Below, one piece after another: positions 11,522 through 24,049 of a stretch of DNA of 64,000 bases. Origin of the DNA: Azolla caroliniana (lineage: Eukaryota > Plantae > Polypodiophyta); assembly GCA_043228905.1 (NCBI GenBank), contig JBHGNT010000001.1, forward strand, positions 22,196,001 through 22,260,000, read 5' to 3'. Below the pieces are notes generated by a model. That model did no database searches and was not told the origin of the DNA. It saw only the letters and a program-made list of their open reading frames with translations. Position numbers and translations under genes: made by a program. The stretch's first letter is position 1; the number at the start of each line of letters is the position of its first letter.

Positions 11522-14500
11522 AAGATGTCGCGTTGTTACGAGCGTGCATGTAGAAGGGGTGGGACCACGGGGGTCTTGGACTAGGGAGTGGAGGAGAAAG
11601 AATAGGACATGATATGGAGGCTTAGCTCAAGAGGAGAAGAGGAAAGAATAAGACCACGACATCGAAGGAGGGATCGGCGGAGGCAAGATGCTCAACAAGT
11701 TATATTAAAACAACGAATGGTTACAACAATGGCGGCCGCCATGGCCACACCAAAATGACTATCCGAAAACCCTAAAGGGAAACCCAAGAAGAAAACCCTA
11801 ACCAAAACCCTAACCCTAAAACGAAATGGGAAGAGGGAGAACCCTAGACTAAGTGGTATACCTTACTCGCACAAAATAGGCAACCCCTTCATAAGTGACC
11901 CCTCCCTTCCTTTTATAGCCCAAGGAGGGAGGGACCTTACAATGTGGGACAAAATTTCCCCTCTCTTGCTATACACCATATCCTAGTATACATGTGCACA
12001 TGTTGCACACCACCGACTTGCCCCTTCCACCCCGGTTTCCGCCTATGGACGAAAATCTTCACGACAGCGTATTCCAACATCTTCATCTTCCCCTTCTCTA
12101 CGCACGTAAACTGTCTCATCGGTTTTGACTGTGGGGACTGCACGGCCGAGTCTCCACGACTCGCACATGCACATATGCAATGCTACCAAATACCCGCATG
12201 TATAGCTCATGTGGCGACAATCCTCCATTTGCAAAAGTCCAATTCTACAGGTATACATCCGTCCTGATGGCTTCGGCCCAATAGAACTTTGGCATATGCT
12301 TGCCCTCAAGCATTGCCCTGGTTGCTTCCTCTATCACCTGATTCTTCCTCTCGGCCACGATGTTCTGTTGCGCCATGTATATACAACACAATTCACGTCG
12401 AATTCCTTCCGTTTGCAGATAGCTAGAGAACTGGTTAGAAAAGTACTCTTTTCTGCCATCAGACCTTAGGCACTTGATCTTCCGACCAGTTTCCCGTTCG
12501 GCAAGGCTTTTCACTTTCAAGAAGCAGGAGAAGTCTTTAGTTTTCTTCTCAATCAAGCACGCCCAAGTGTGCCGAGTGTAGTGATTGATCAAGGTTACAA
12601 AGTAACGACTTCCACCGATTCTCACATTTTGCACCAGTCCCCATACATCCTAATTGATGAAATCAAGCTTGTTTTGGCTCCAATTTCTTTCATTTGGAAA
12701 CAGAAGTTGGTAATGCTTCCCTAACTGCCAGGCTTTGCAGGCTAGGTCATTTCAGCCACAAAATTTCAGTAAGCCGAAAATGATGTTTTCTGTCTGCATC
12801 TCCCGAATCCGTAGGAAGTTGACATGGCCGAACTACTTGTGCCATAGGTCAATGTCCAACTCGACCTTTTGCCCTTACGCTAACATCCCAGTCCACAGTT
12901 CATTGGTTGTGAGGATGAATATCCTCCAATCTCTGCACCCTTGCGCAATGATCTTGCCTTCTTCCTCTATGAAGCACCCAAGGTGAGTAAATCAAAACTA
13001 CATGCCCTGGTCGACAATTTGTCCATCCAACACCAAGTTCTTGGTGATTGTCGGCACATGCAAGACATTTCTCATTATTCCTCTCTGACCGACATGAATC
13101 AGAGGGACATCTCCAACGTGTTTGATGGGATGAGAGGTGTCATCGCTAGTTTCAACGACCCCCCGCTACTCTGGCTTTTCCAGAGTTGAGACCCAGTCCT
13201 TGTGATTTGTCATGTAGTTCGAACAAGGTTGGGCCTGTTTGGACTCACCCCGAGCCTTTAGCATAGTGCGATCTCTGACACCTATTTGCATCTCCTTGGC
13301 TCGATTCGGCTTTGTCTGAATCATCTCCCTTTCTCCAACACTCGCTCTCTCTATGGCCCTCCGGCCACAATACCAACAGTCCATCGTGGCCTTTCCTTCC
13401 CGACCTCCGGCACCGCCGTGACTCCCCTTACTCGTGAAGGGTCCGGAACTATTGTTAGCATTTCGATTATGCCTTGAGTTCTACTCTTGTCAGCCACCTC
13501 CATTGCGTGCCAACAATCCTCATCCACCACGACCACGGGGCATCTCTACCTCCGTGTACAACATCTTGTTGTCAATGCGTACTCGTTGACGCACCCGAGT
13601 GGTTTTCTTCTACGAGCAACATCGATTGTAGCTCAAGAAACGAAGGCGTATTCTCCCTCGTGCAGACTACCGTTCAAAATACTCCAAGCTTTGACACCAA
13701 CGCTCTGAGGCACCCCTGCACCATTTCATCCTCCTCGACGTTCACGTTGATAGAGGCGAGGAAGTCGCTGACCTCCTTGATCTTAGAGGTGTAGTCAGCC
13801 ATCGACATATCCCTCTATCGGACATTGCTCAACTCTTGTCTAAGTTGAAACTTTCTGGATGTGGTGCTCGCAGTGAAAATCTACTTCAGATTTCCCCAAG
13901 CATCCTTTGGCTTTTTGGCAAGGTAGTCGTAGACCTCCTTGATCTTAGAGGTGTAGTCAGCCACTGACATCTCCCTCTATCGGGCATTGCTAAACTCTAG
14001 TCTAAGTTTAAGCTTTCTGGATGTGGTGCTCGCGGTGAAAATCTTCTTCAGATTGCCCCAAGCATCCTCCGGCGTTTTGGCATCCCGCATGTAGCTCCAT
14101 AATTGGTTGCTCACACAAGATGTGAAGCAATACAAAACTCTACTCCTTGCCTATTCCGAGGCCGGAAAATCTCTATGTGTCGACTGAGGTGCTGCATCAT
14201 TAGCTCCTTCGACATAACACCAATATCCATGACCGAGTAAGTATCGGTGCATCTCATACGACCAAGATGCATAATTGCTCCTATCGAGCTTCCTATCTTT
14301 TCTTTTCCAAAAACAAGAAACCTCGTCTTTGTCTTGTTTTCTTACTTTTCTATCAGCTACAGAGGATTCTCAACCCTCGCACTCAAGTACCATGTGAAAC
14401 AATTCGTGTGTAGAAGTTTGTGCGATGGACACCGAGTACACAGTTGATTGTTCGAAACCCGACATTTAGGTAAATACAAATAATAGATACACATTGAGAG

Positions 14501-15415
14501 AGAGACAAAGAGAGCAAACAACAACACGTCAATTTGAAATAATGAACACTCTGTACATACAACGTGCTCAATGAGCACTTTTTATAATTGCCCTGACAAT
14601 TGGGCTGACACAAGTACCATTAGTACCTGAATTCTCATAAATGAGCCTGACTCTAATTTTGCCTATAATATTCCTATTTTCTATAATAGGTATATAGGCC
14701 GATAATGGCCTTTTTGGATTTCATTCGACTCGGCACACCCAAATCGAACTCTATTTGATTCGGTTCTCGGCTGCTTCAGCCGATTCAAGCATAGTCAATC
14801 GGTCTCCAACAGATTCGGCGCTCGACTTCTTTAGCCAATTCTACCCATGTTGAGCTTGCCTCTCAACATGTATCTTGTATGAACAAGATGTTTAGTTTCT
14901 CCTATCGAGCTTTTCCATCGGAAGTGAGCTACGCATTCCTCAATCCATTTTCGTGTCTGTCTTGTCTGGAGTGTTAACCTACCGATAACGAACTATTGTA
15001 GCCAATAGACACAATAGGTCGAACATTCAACTTTGAACGTTCAATCAAGAAGATTGTGGTGGAGAGATGGATAAGTCGACACTAATCTACACTCGGTGAA
15101 TAGGTGTAAAGAGATTAGTTATTACGATTAATTATTACAATTAAACATTTGATCTTGATCGACTCATGATAGATACACCCAAACATAATAAAATAGTATC
15201 CATATTATGTTTAATATGCTTGGTTTTTCACTAACATTAGCCTAAGGTATTATAACCTACAAGATTCACTAAGGATTAGACTACATCAACTAGAATCATT
15301 AATATATAGATATCACTTCCACTTCTGGTATCTACACCTCTATAGGATGGTTAAGCTTGCATAAGAACATGAACACTAAACTGACAATTTGTATGGAAAT
15401 CTTAGGAGTCAAAGG

Positions 15416-16871
15416 TGTTGGGAAACAGGTCCCCCTAGATGGGAAACCGAAATCGAGGACACAAGGGTAATCATTTTAGACTACCGAAATCGAAATCGTT
15501 TTAGAAGACCACAAATGTAAATGGTCTAAAATGCCTCTTGGGGGTTATACTCGTAAATAGCCAAATAGTTGCTTTTGTTTATAAGCAACTAGGGCAAACT
15601 TTAGTAGTTGTAATTGATCATTATTGCAAAATTAGAACGAGGTAGTTGCCTCTGTAACCGTGAGTGAGAGAGAGTGTGTGTAACTCTGTAATCGTCTGTC
15701 AGACGAAGGAGAAGTCGAGGTCATTGGCTCCGAGTTCCGTATTTGTACTTCCTCTCTACCATAATGATCTATTTTCTCAAGGTTTGTGGACCCCCATGGT
15801 TTTTCCCATTTCAGGTTTTCCACGTAAAATATCGGTGTCTCTGTGTCTTCACATTTTTCTTTCTATGTACTAGTTTTTGGTTTCTGCGCACGAATAAGAA
15901 CGTGAAACTGGTTGTGGTCGGTCGATTCCTAACAAAGTGGTATTAGAGCGATGGAAGACTCATTCAGCGACATGTTTAAGCTAACCGGCTCCAACTACTT
16001 AGTGTGGAAGTCGAAGATGAGAGACATGCTCGTGTGCAAAGACCTTTGGTTGTTGGTGCAGTTCAGAAATAAAAGACTAGACAATATCGATGCAGCGACT
16101 TGGGAAGTGTTGCATCTGAAGGTAGCTGTATATATAAGGTGTTTTATAGACATGAGTCTATACAACAACTTCGGCAAAGAAATAGAAGCAGACATCCTAT
16201 GGAAAAGATTGGTGTCATGTTCAAAAACAAGAACATCGTGCACTGAATCTGAGTATTTCGAAAAATAGTGAGGCTCCGATATCAGGATGGCTCCAGTATG
16301 GTGGAGCACATCAATTCCTTCCCAGGATTGATAGACCAAACCACCTCTCTAGAAGTACCTCTGGCCGACGAGGTATTAGCACTGTTGTTGCTGGAATCCC
16401 TTCCGAACAGTTGGGAAACGTTGGTTGTCACGTTGGGAAACGCGGGACCGGAAGGGAAACACCTATCCCTAGAGTAGGTGAAGTCAAGCTTGCTAAACGA
16501 AGAAGCTCGTCGGAAGGACTGAGAGTCCAATACCGACCAAAAGGTCTTAGTCATAGAAGGTGACACGATTCGGGGAAGAAGACGAAATCAAAGTTCCTAG
16601 AACCGAGATAAGTCGGGGACTAGGTCGAAGTCGAGGGGGAAACCCACATGCTTCTATTGTGGGAAGTCAGAACACTTCCAAAAAAATTGGTGACACTTTC
16701 GAAAGGAAAAGGGGGAACTGATGGTGTAGAGCCAAAGAAAATCCCGGACAAGAAGAACACCTCAGCAATCGCCGTGAGTGAGGAGGAGTTGTTGCTCATT
16801 AGTGAGCAAAACAAAGTGAATCTCGGCAAAGAATCAACATGGGTGGTTGATTCGGGTGCATCGTTTCACCT
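15416..16871 (+). mobile_element. Ty1/copia 5' LTR + PBS + gag-protease (truncated)
   Basis: LTR 15416-15934, tRNA-iMet PBS TGGTATTAGAGC 15938-15949, gag ATG at 15951 (FKLTGSNYLVWKSKM), and protease WVVDSGASFH ending at about 16871 where a gypsy LTR begins. Confidence 0.9.
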
Positions 16872-18270
16872 TGTCACGGATGAACAATTGGAGATAAAGA
16901 GATGGGGAAGTTGATGAGATAGGGAGATCGAGAAGTTGATGACAATGAGTAAAAGTATCTATTCCATGATTGGTGTTGATCTCCTTGATGTTAATAAGGG
17001 AGATCAACCCTTTTTATACATGTAGTGATGCATGATAAGCATGCTCATGCCAAGTCTTACATATTATAATATCAAGCCTACTAATTCTTGCATGCCAAGT
17101 CTGACATATTGAGTCTTACATATTGGGTCTTACATACTGGGTCTTACATATTGAGTCTTACATACCACTCTTTATACAAAGGTTTGAAGTCTAAAGTTTG
17201 TCTAGGAGAAATACATATATGCAAGGGCCTAAGGTTCACATTCGAGTCCATGTTCATGGCATTATCCTCCCCTTAAGTGCCGACTTCAAGAAGATGCGGG
17301 TTTGTACAGATATCAGAGATGAAAATCATGAACCACTTTCGGGGCATTTAGTAAATTTCTAGCGGGCTCCCATGTAGCCTCGGAGATGGGATATCCTTTC
17401 CATAAAACAAGATACTAGAGCATTCGTCAGCTCTTTCGTGAGTCTAGAATGGTCTCAACTTCATACTCATCCCCAGTCGCCAAAGCCACAGGGGGAGGTG
17501 GCTCAATGCTTCTTCCTGGAATTGAGGATGGATGATAGAGCTCAAGAAGCGATGCATGGTAGACATTGTGAATTTGGTAGTGTGATGGAAGAGCAAGAAG
17601 GAAAGCCATAGGGTTGACTTTATCAATGATGCGGAATGGACCCAACTTTTTGTAATCAAGTTTGTTGCATGGGCGAGTTGTCAGAATATGCCGACGTAAT
17701 AGCCAAACCATGTCACCGACTTTAAAACCAAGCGCAGCTCGTCGATGTTGATCAGGCTTCTCTTTGTGTCGTTCTTGAGCAATGGAGAGTTCTAGGGATA
17801 GGTCATGATGCACTTCTTTCATCAAACGAGCTCGTTCTTCAGCAGATGGATTCACAAAACTAACAGGGATAGCTATGCTAAAGCGTGGGTGGAACCCATA
17901 ACTTGCGAAGAAGGGTGTTACGCTAGTTGATGTGTGGATAGTATTGTTGTAGGCGAACTCAGCCATTGGAAGAAATTGGATCCAATCATCTTGTTGATAA
18001 CTTATCATACATCGGAGATATTGCTCTAGGATCTGATTTACTCGTTATGTTTGGCCGTCTGTCTCAGGATGGAAGGCTGTCGAAAATTTTGTGGAAGTTC
18101 CAAGAGTCTGGAAGAGGCGCTTCCAGAAATGAGACATAAATTGGGAACCACGATCAGAGATAATGTCATCCAGTAAACCATCAAAGGCGCACAATATTTG
18201 TTAACAATAGATCTGTTGTTTCCATCCCTGAAATTGCTTTAGAACATGGAATAAAATGTGCCATCTTTCC
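16872..18270 (-). mobile_element. Chromovirus (Tcn1-like) Ty3/gypsy 3' end: integrase, chromodomain, PPT, 3' LTR
   Basis: Integrase AEFAYNN..TPFFASYGFHP..KLDYKKLGPF, chromodomain YEVETILDSR..WKGYPISEATWEP, PPT 17262-17277, LTR 16872-17261. Confidence 0.88.
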
Positions 18271-18590
18271 ACCATCGCGTGCAGTAGACTTCCTACGGCC
18301 GATGCGTAGGGTATTTTGCTCATGTCATTGAGCTCTTCCTCTACCTCTATGAGGGGAGAGTCATTGTCTGATAGTCTGGACTCTGAACGACATTGGACGT
18401 GGTGTTGGTGTCAGCTTTGCATTCTCCATGTTGAAGCGCTTCAGCACCTTTTGAATATAGTCAAATTGGGAGAGCCGAAGAGTTTTCTTCATCTTGTTTC
18501 GCTCTATCCTCATGCTCAATATGTGTCGGGTTTCTCCGAGTTCCTTCATTGAAAATTTCTCTATACATCACTAAGCATATCTTCCACTTA
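18271..18590 (-). mobile_element. Copia RT fragment
   Basis: MKELGETRHILSMRI..LSQFDYIQKVLKRFNM and PYASAVGSL. Confidence 0.8.
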
Positions 18591-18599
18591 TATAGTATA

Positions 18600-19440
18600 T
18601 GTTAGAGTTTAACTAACTAATTAAGCAAAACATAAGGATTTATAGACCAAAGATAGGAAAGAGGGGTGGAAAACCACCTGACCACCCCCTAACAACGACT
18701 TAAGGCGAACCTGAACCTCCTCAATGTCCCATACCATTGAGGGTTGATGTGAGTGGTACCTTGGTTCCTACGAGGATCGCACATGATTAGCTAACAAGAA
18801 CCATAACCACACCGTTATAGTCTTGACATAAGTGAAGCCTCCTTAATAAGAAGGTAGCTAGTCTCCTTATATAGGCAAAAACCCTAGTCCCTAGTGTTGT
18901 CACGGATAGATCATAAGCTCAAGAGGCAAGAAAAAAGATAACCAAATGGTTGAATAGTATTAACTGAAAGACTCTGTAACTGGTGTTGTTCACCTTGAAT
19001 TCCTTCAAGGTGAACTCAACTATTTATACTACACGGCATGCATACTTGTTGCACGCATGTGAATCTACAATAGAGCATGTAGGCATGCATGCATGTGCCA
19101 AGTGTAAATACTACAAGGAAGCAACTATGCACATGATGCTAGCCAAAACAACAAGGACCAATTATATACATAATTGTATACTAGATATGTTGGTTAACCC
19201 ATAATACTTAATTATAACATGGTCATGTGAAGAGTTAGAATCTTGACAAGTGTATTCACACTTAACTGTTTTATTTTAGGTGGTCAGGAGATAACACACT
19301 TAATAGTTACCCCACACCATAGAGTTGATTATTACAATCCATATCCTCATTTCTTTTAGAATTAAACTACACGTACTCATCATAAGATTAGGGAAAATTA
19401 CGAAAAACCTATCTTATGATCAATTATGGATACACATGTA
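18600..19440. repeat. LTR-like repeat, copy 1 (copy 2 at about 20310-20780)
   Basis: Diverged direct repeat (ctaactaatta..gcaaaacataagga..ccttatataggca.aaaaccctag..cataagattagggaaaa). Copy 1 carries a solo LTR. Confidence 0.7.
18898..19248. mobile_element. Solo LTR (TGTCACGG...GACA) with 5-bp TSD AGTGT
   Basis: Perfect TSD at 18893-18897 and 19249-19253. The empty site is visible in the paralogous repeat at about 20595. The terminus resembles the LTR at 16872. Confidence 0.88.
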
Positions 19441-20309
19441 ACATACTGCCCCACTTTAAAAGATTGCATTCTTGCAAAGAATATTTAAGGGAAGTGTGTT
19501 TCAATGTACTTTGCCAACTAAAAGTTTTATCAATTAGGCAAATAAACCAATATAATTGAGAAATGTGAAAGATCTACAAACTTCTGGGGCTAATTTAGCA
19601 CACTTACCCATAGACAAAGTCTTAAGAGTTTAAGATATAAATATCATCTAGGGTTCAAAACACAAGGTTGTCAATGCTTGTTGGCATAAAATCATGCCCT
19701 ATATTGAGCAATAATAAACATATGTTTGCATATCCCTTAGTTTATACAATGTATAACTCATGATGATAAATGTAAATGTGGATCATGTGGATCAAGGTTT
19801 GGCTAAAATAATACATCAATATTAAAGGACTATATTTAATCAATGTATGTGTGGAGAAAAACACATAATAGGAATCTATTTTTCCTAACAACTTGAAGCA
19901 TATCCTCATTAATTTGAACACTTGTTTTATTAGTCCATTAGACTGAGGTTGGTCAATGGAATCTATGCTCAAGGTTGTTTCTTGTGTTCCATAATGGAAT
20001 TTTTTACAGAAAATTCACTAGTAACTGGAAATCTCTACGACTCATTGTATGTTAATAACTCGACAATGGTGACAATTACTCACATTAACCATTCATATTG
20101 AAAAAGAAATGATAAGAGATTATACGAAGTGTATGATCTAATCCAAGATGCCTTAGTGAGAGTGCAAAATGAATTCATGTTTTTGACCACATGCAAATTT
20201 GGAACACAAACCTTTCCAATACGTTATCAATGTGGTAGACCGTTATAAATGTGGAAGGTTCCCTTCCAAGATGTAGTGTTTAATAGCATCTATAATAGAC
20301 TCGGTTCTT

Positions 20310-20780
20310 GCCTCTAACTAATTAATTATGCAAAACATAAGGAACTATAGACCTAAGGAAGGAAACAAGGGTGCCAAACCACCCGACCATCACCTAGCAA
20401 AGACGTGAGATGGACCCGAACCGCCAAGTGTCCCATAACATAGAGGGTTGATGCGACTCGTGTCTTGTGTCCTGCAATGACCACACGGGCTTAGCTAACA
20501 AGAGTCATAATCACACTATCATAGTCTCAACATAAGTCAAGCCTCCTTAATAAAGGTAATTAGCCTCCTTATATAGGCAGAAACCCTAGGCCGTAGTGTA
20601 TGCACACTTGACTGCTTTATTTTAAGTGGTTAAGTGATAACACACTTAATAGTTGCCCCACATTGTAGAATTGAATATTACAATTAATACCCTCATTCCT
20701 TTCAAAATTAAACCACACGTACTCATCATAAGATTAGGGAAAACTATAGAAAACCTATCTCATTATGAGTTATGGTTAGA
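20310..20780. repeat. LTR-like repeat, copy 2
   Basis: Diverged direct repeat of 18600-19440 without the solo LTR. Confidence 0.7.
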
Positions 20781-20949
20781 TAGGTACCATTCTACATGAG
20801 ATCACACATGATCGCCAGTTCACATGCATGGTTTGTGTCACTTGGCGTACATGCACTCATGCCATTTGGCGATCATGCATTATCTAAAATACCACATAAC
20901 TCTAAATAATAATAATATACAATGTACACTTTTTGTACAAAGTAATGTG

Positions 20950-21330
20950 GTGTGATAGTTAAAGTGTAAAACTCTGTTTGAAGATTATAGGTTTGAATTT
21001 TGAAATTGACATTTTGTGACATCATCCATTCTTTTGAAGATGAGTTCTATGAATCGCAATGCATGAACAAAGATTTGGTTTATTGGAGTAGTGAGGATAA
21101 AACTCTTGCATAAGTCTAGGGGTATTAGTGACATTCTTTGTGGGTTTCCATGTTCAATCATTAGCCCTGTTTTAGGGAACATATTAAGCAAATATATAAG
21201 GAGATGTTGCACTTATCTTAGAGTTGAAGTAGAAGCTTAAGGAGTTCATTCCCATAACTTTAGTAGTGATCAGCAAAATTACTAGTCTAAAGACAATGTA
21301 AATAAATAAAGTGTAAGTTCTTAGCAAAAT
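20950..21330 (-). mobile_element. Highly decayed chromovirus chromodomain/PPT remnant
   Basis: The minus strand reads TWEPT..NVTNTPRLMQEF..NKP, followed by a purine tract and TGTCAC. Confidence 0.45.
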
Positions 21331-22006
21331 CAATTTTGCGGAGAACTACACTTTTAAAGTTCAAAATGAGGTTCAATCAATGCATTGATTTGATAGAATG
21401 AACAATATATAATGTTGGCACATATTTTCTATTGGTCAAAAGAGGGTAAATTACTTAAGAAATCAATATCCAACATTTCAGATGATAGTAAGCATGCTAT
21501 TTATTTATCGTTGTTTTACCTTCATGATGAAGGGTTATTGACAATATGTCTTCGTTTTAATAAGCATTGGGTTTGATCTGAAGGGGCTTTTGCGAAGTTT
21601 AATAGGACACAATCCTTTTGCTTCACTACGTGATAAATTTGTTTAACATTTGTTATTATTGTTATATATTATCTCCATTCATATTAGTATTATTTGGAAA
21701 GATATTCCACTTCATCATTCAAAGATGATAGCCCTTTTTGGCATTTTCAGTCACGAAGATGGTTAATTCCTCTATCTATCACTTACATGACAATAATATC
21801 TCTATGTATATACTAATGAACGGACATCTTTTTAAAAAAATGATCGAAACTAACTTGACATAATAAAGAATTATCACAAGCAAAACAGAGCATCAAGACA
21901 TGATAGTTCTAGTAAGAAGATATGACCATTTATTAATGGAGTGTTATGAAATATAGGAATTCATACACATTGTTCATTCCCAAACTCTTTGAATGTGTGA
22001 TTTAGT

Positions 22007-22165
22007 TCATTCTCCCAACAATTTAATGAACTCTGTAAGTACCAATGCAGCATTCGTCGCTGCTAAGTCATAGAAAATTGATTCCTCGTTACTCACACTA
22101 GATCCCCCTGCCAAGTCTGAAAGAGCTCTAAATGCAATGAAGGAGACATTATTGGTAAGACATGT
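22007..22165 (-). CDS. BSP-like gene exon 6
   Basis: TCLTNNVSFIAFRALSDLAGG..LLGE then TGA. Confidence 0.92.
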   Translation of the reverse strand, partial: TCLTNNVSFIAFRALSDLAGGSSVSNEESIFYDLAATNAALVLTEFIKLLGE

Positions 22166-24013
22166 CTGCAAGCAAAAATCAAACACAGGATTGTCTTAAC
22201 ATCAGTAATAGACCAAATAATAAGAAAGGGAGGTTTGTTTGAATTTTTACTTAATGTTTGTATAGGCTAGACAATAAGATAGAAAAGAGGTTCAATTTTT
22301 ACTTCTGAATTTAATATTATTAACAACCATTATAACATTTAACGTGTTTGTATATATACATGCATGTTCAAATATGTATCTCTATACATCACACACATTA
22401 CAAGATGCACACACCTACATATACAAATATGAGCATACCTTCATAAATTAATACATACATACACACACATATTATGTGAGTAGATATATGTATGGATTCT
22501 ACTTAGTGTTGACGATATAGAGGTTATGATCGTGCTAGAAAGATTGATAAAGACATTAAGTTGCAATCATAATGAATGCACCAATAGGTCTTATTCATTA
22601 GCAGTTAAAACCATCTTCAAAGCTATACGACATTAAATAAACATATCCATTATATTAAATACATCAATAATTGACATAATAATCTAACACAAGAAATAGC
22701 ACAAGGGTTTACCAATGCCACGCTTGCTGACTCCATGTCTATTACTGATACATTAAAAGTTTCATGCAAGAAAGACCTATATGCTGCATTGTCGACGAAG
22801 ATGTTTGAAGAAGATCCCCTACTTACAACTACCACTTGGGGTTTTGTCGATAAACATGTTGACTCATTTGTGCAATATTGTAGATCTAAATGCTGTAAAA
22901 AAGACTATGAATAGATGAGAAAATGAAGGTTGTTAACATACATGGCCTTTAAATAAACACATTTTGAAAAAGTTTGAAGTATCTACATAATGAACTGTAA
23001 AACCTTGAGCAAGTTGAAAGTTCCATTTTATCATCCTCATTATATAATTAATAATGAACTAAGTAAAAAATATTGCCCGGTGTAACATGGCAACAAATTG
23101 CTCTTGAATTGTCCGAATCATTCTTTCTGTAACACCATTTTGCAGCGGACTATATGGGGTCGTAAGCTCTCATCTAATGACGCGCTATCGGCAAAAATCA
23201 ATGAGCTCGTCCAAATTGAATTATGCATCATTGTCCGATCGTAGGCAAATTTTTAGCTTTCGACCGTATTGGTTTTTAACCATTGTGACTCATTCTTGAA
23301 AGATCACGAACACTTGATCTTTTGTTCTTGTTGGATATGCCCATACCTTCCTAGTCACGTCATCAATGAATGTTACGAAGTTTGACGCATCGCCAAGACA
23401 TTGATGTGGCATTGGATTGCAGACGTCTAAATGGATCAAGTTGAGTAGGCTTGGCTCTCTTATCGGATGGATGGATGTAGTCTATTTGTCATATTGGTAG
23501 TGCTCACAGAACTGATGGTCGGAGAATAAGAGTTTGGGGATGTATCCGGCTCTAGATATGTGCATGATGCCGACTTTGCTCAATGACCAAGTCAGTTGTG
23601 CCATAGTGATGACACAAGAATGTCTACCAAGAATAAGTCACCTTCTCTGAGCTCGAAGGGGCGTGTTGAGATATCAAGCTCAGGTAGGTTTAGTTATTTT
23701 GTCAATTATGTAACTTAGTAGTTACATAAATAGAATCTAGTTAGTGTATTAACTTTAAAGCCTTAATAGGGATTTGGTAGCTTGTACTTAAGTGGCCTAC
23801 ATTCTAGATCCCCCACTTCCAAGTTCATTTAATATAGGACTTACATCCTCGTACCTATATTCTCCTCACACATGTGCACCCTTGCATCTAAGATGTATAT
23901 ATATATCTCATTGTGGGTATTTTTTATTATTATGACTATTAATTTAGTAAAAGGTCTTTAAGCTAGACTTGTGTTAATTATCCCCCATTGTGTTTGTTCA
24001 TAAGTGTAACTTC

Positions 24014-24049
<36 letters not shown>

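Larger units (their letters stand above)
8114..12066 (-). mobile_element. Non-autonomous (pol-less) Ty3/gypsy-type LTR element with tRNA-Trp PBS
   Basis: 541-bp LTRs at 8114-8654 and 11526-12066 (TGTCG...CGACA, about 7 differences), 4-bp TSD GCGT/GCGT, PBS 11504-11521, PPT-like tract 8655-8666. No protease, RT or integrase motifs. Confidence 0.93.
7430..14950 (-). mobile_element. Degenerate Ty1/copia element (gag to RT) hosting nested insertions
   Basis: Gag KLDRSNYASW at about 14270-14290 with its start near 14950, integrase 12245-12634, and RT MDVKNMFL/LYGLMQAP/LLYVDDLVI at 7456-7854. Interrupted by the 8114-12066 element and by an LTR-like insert at about 14295-14868. Confidence 0.85.
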
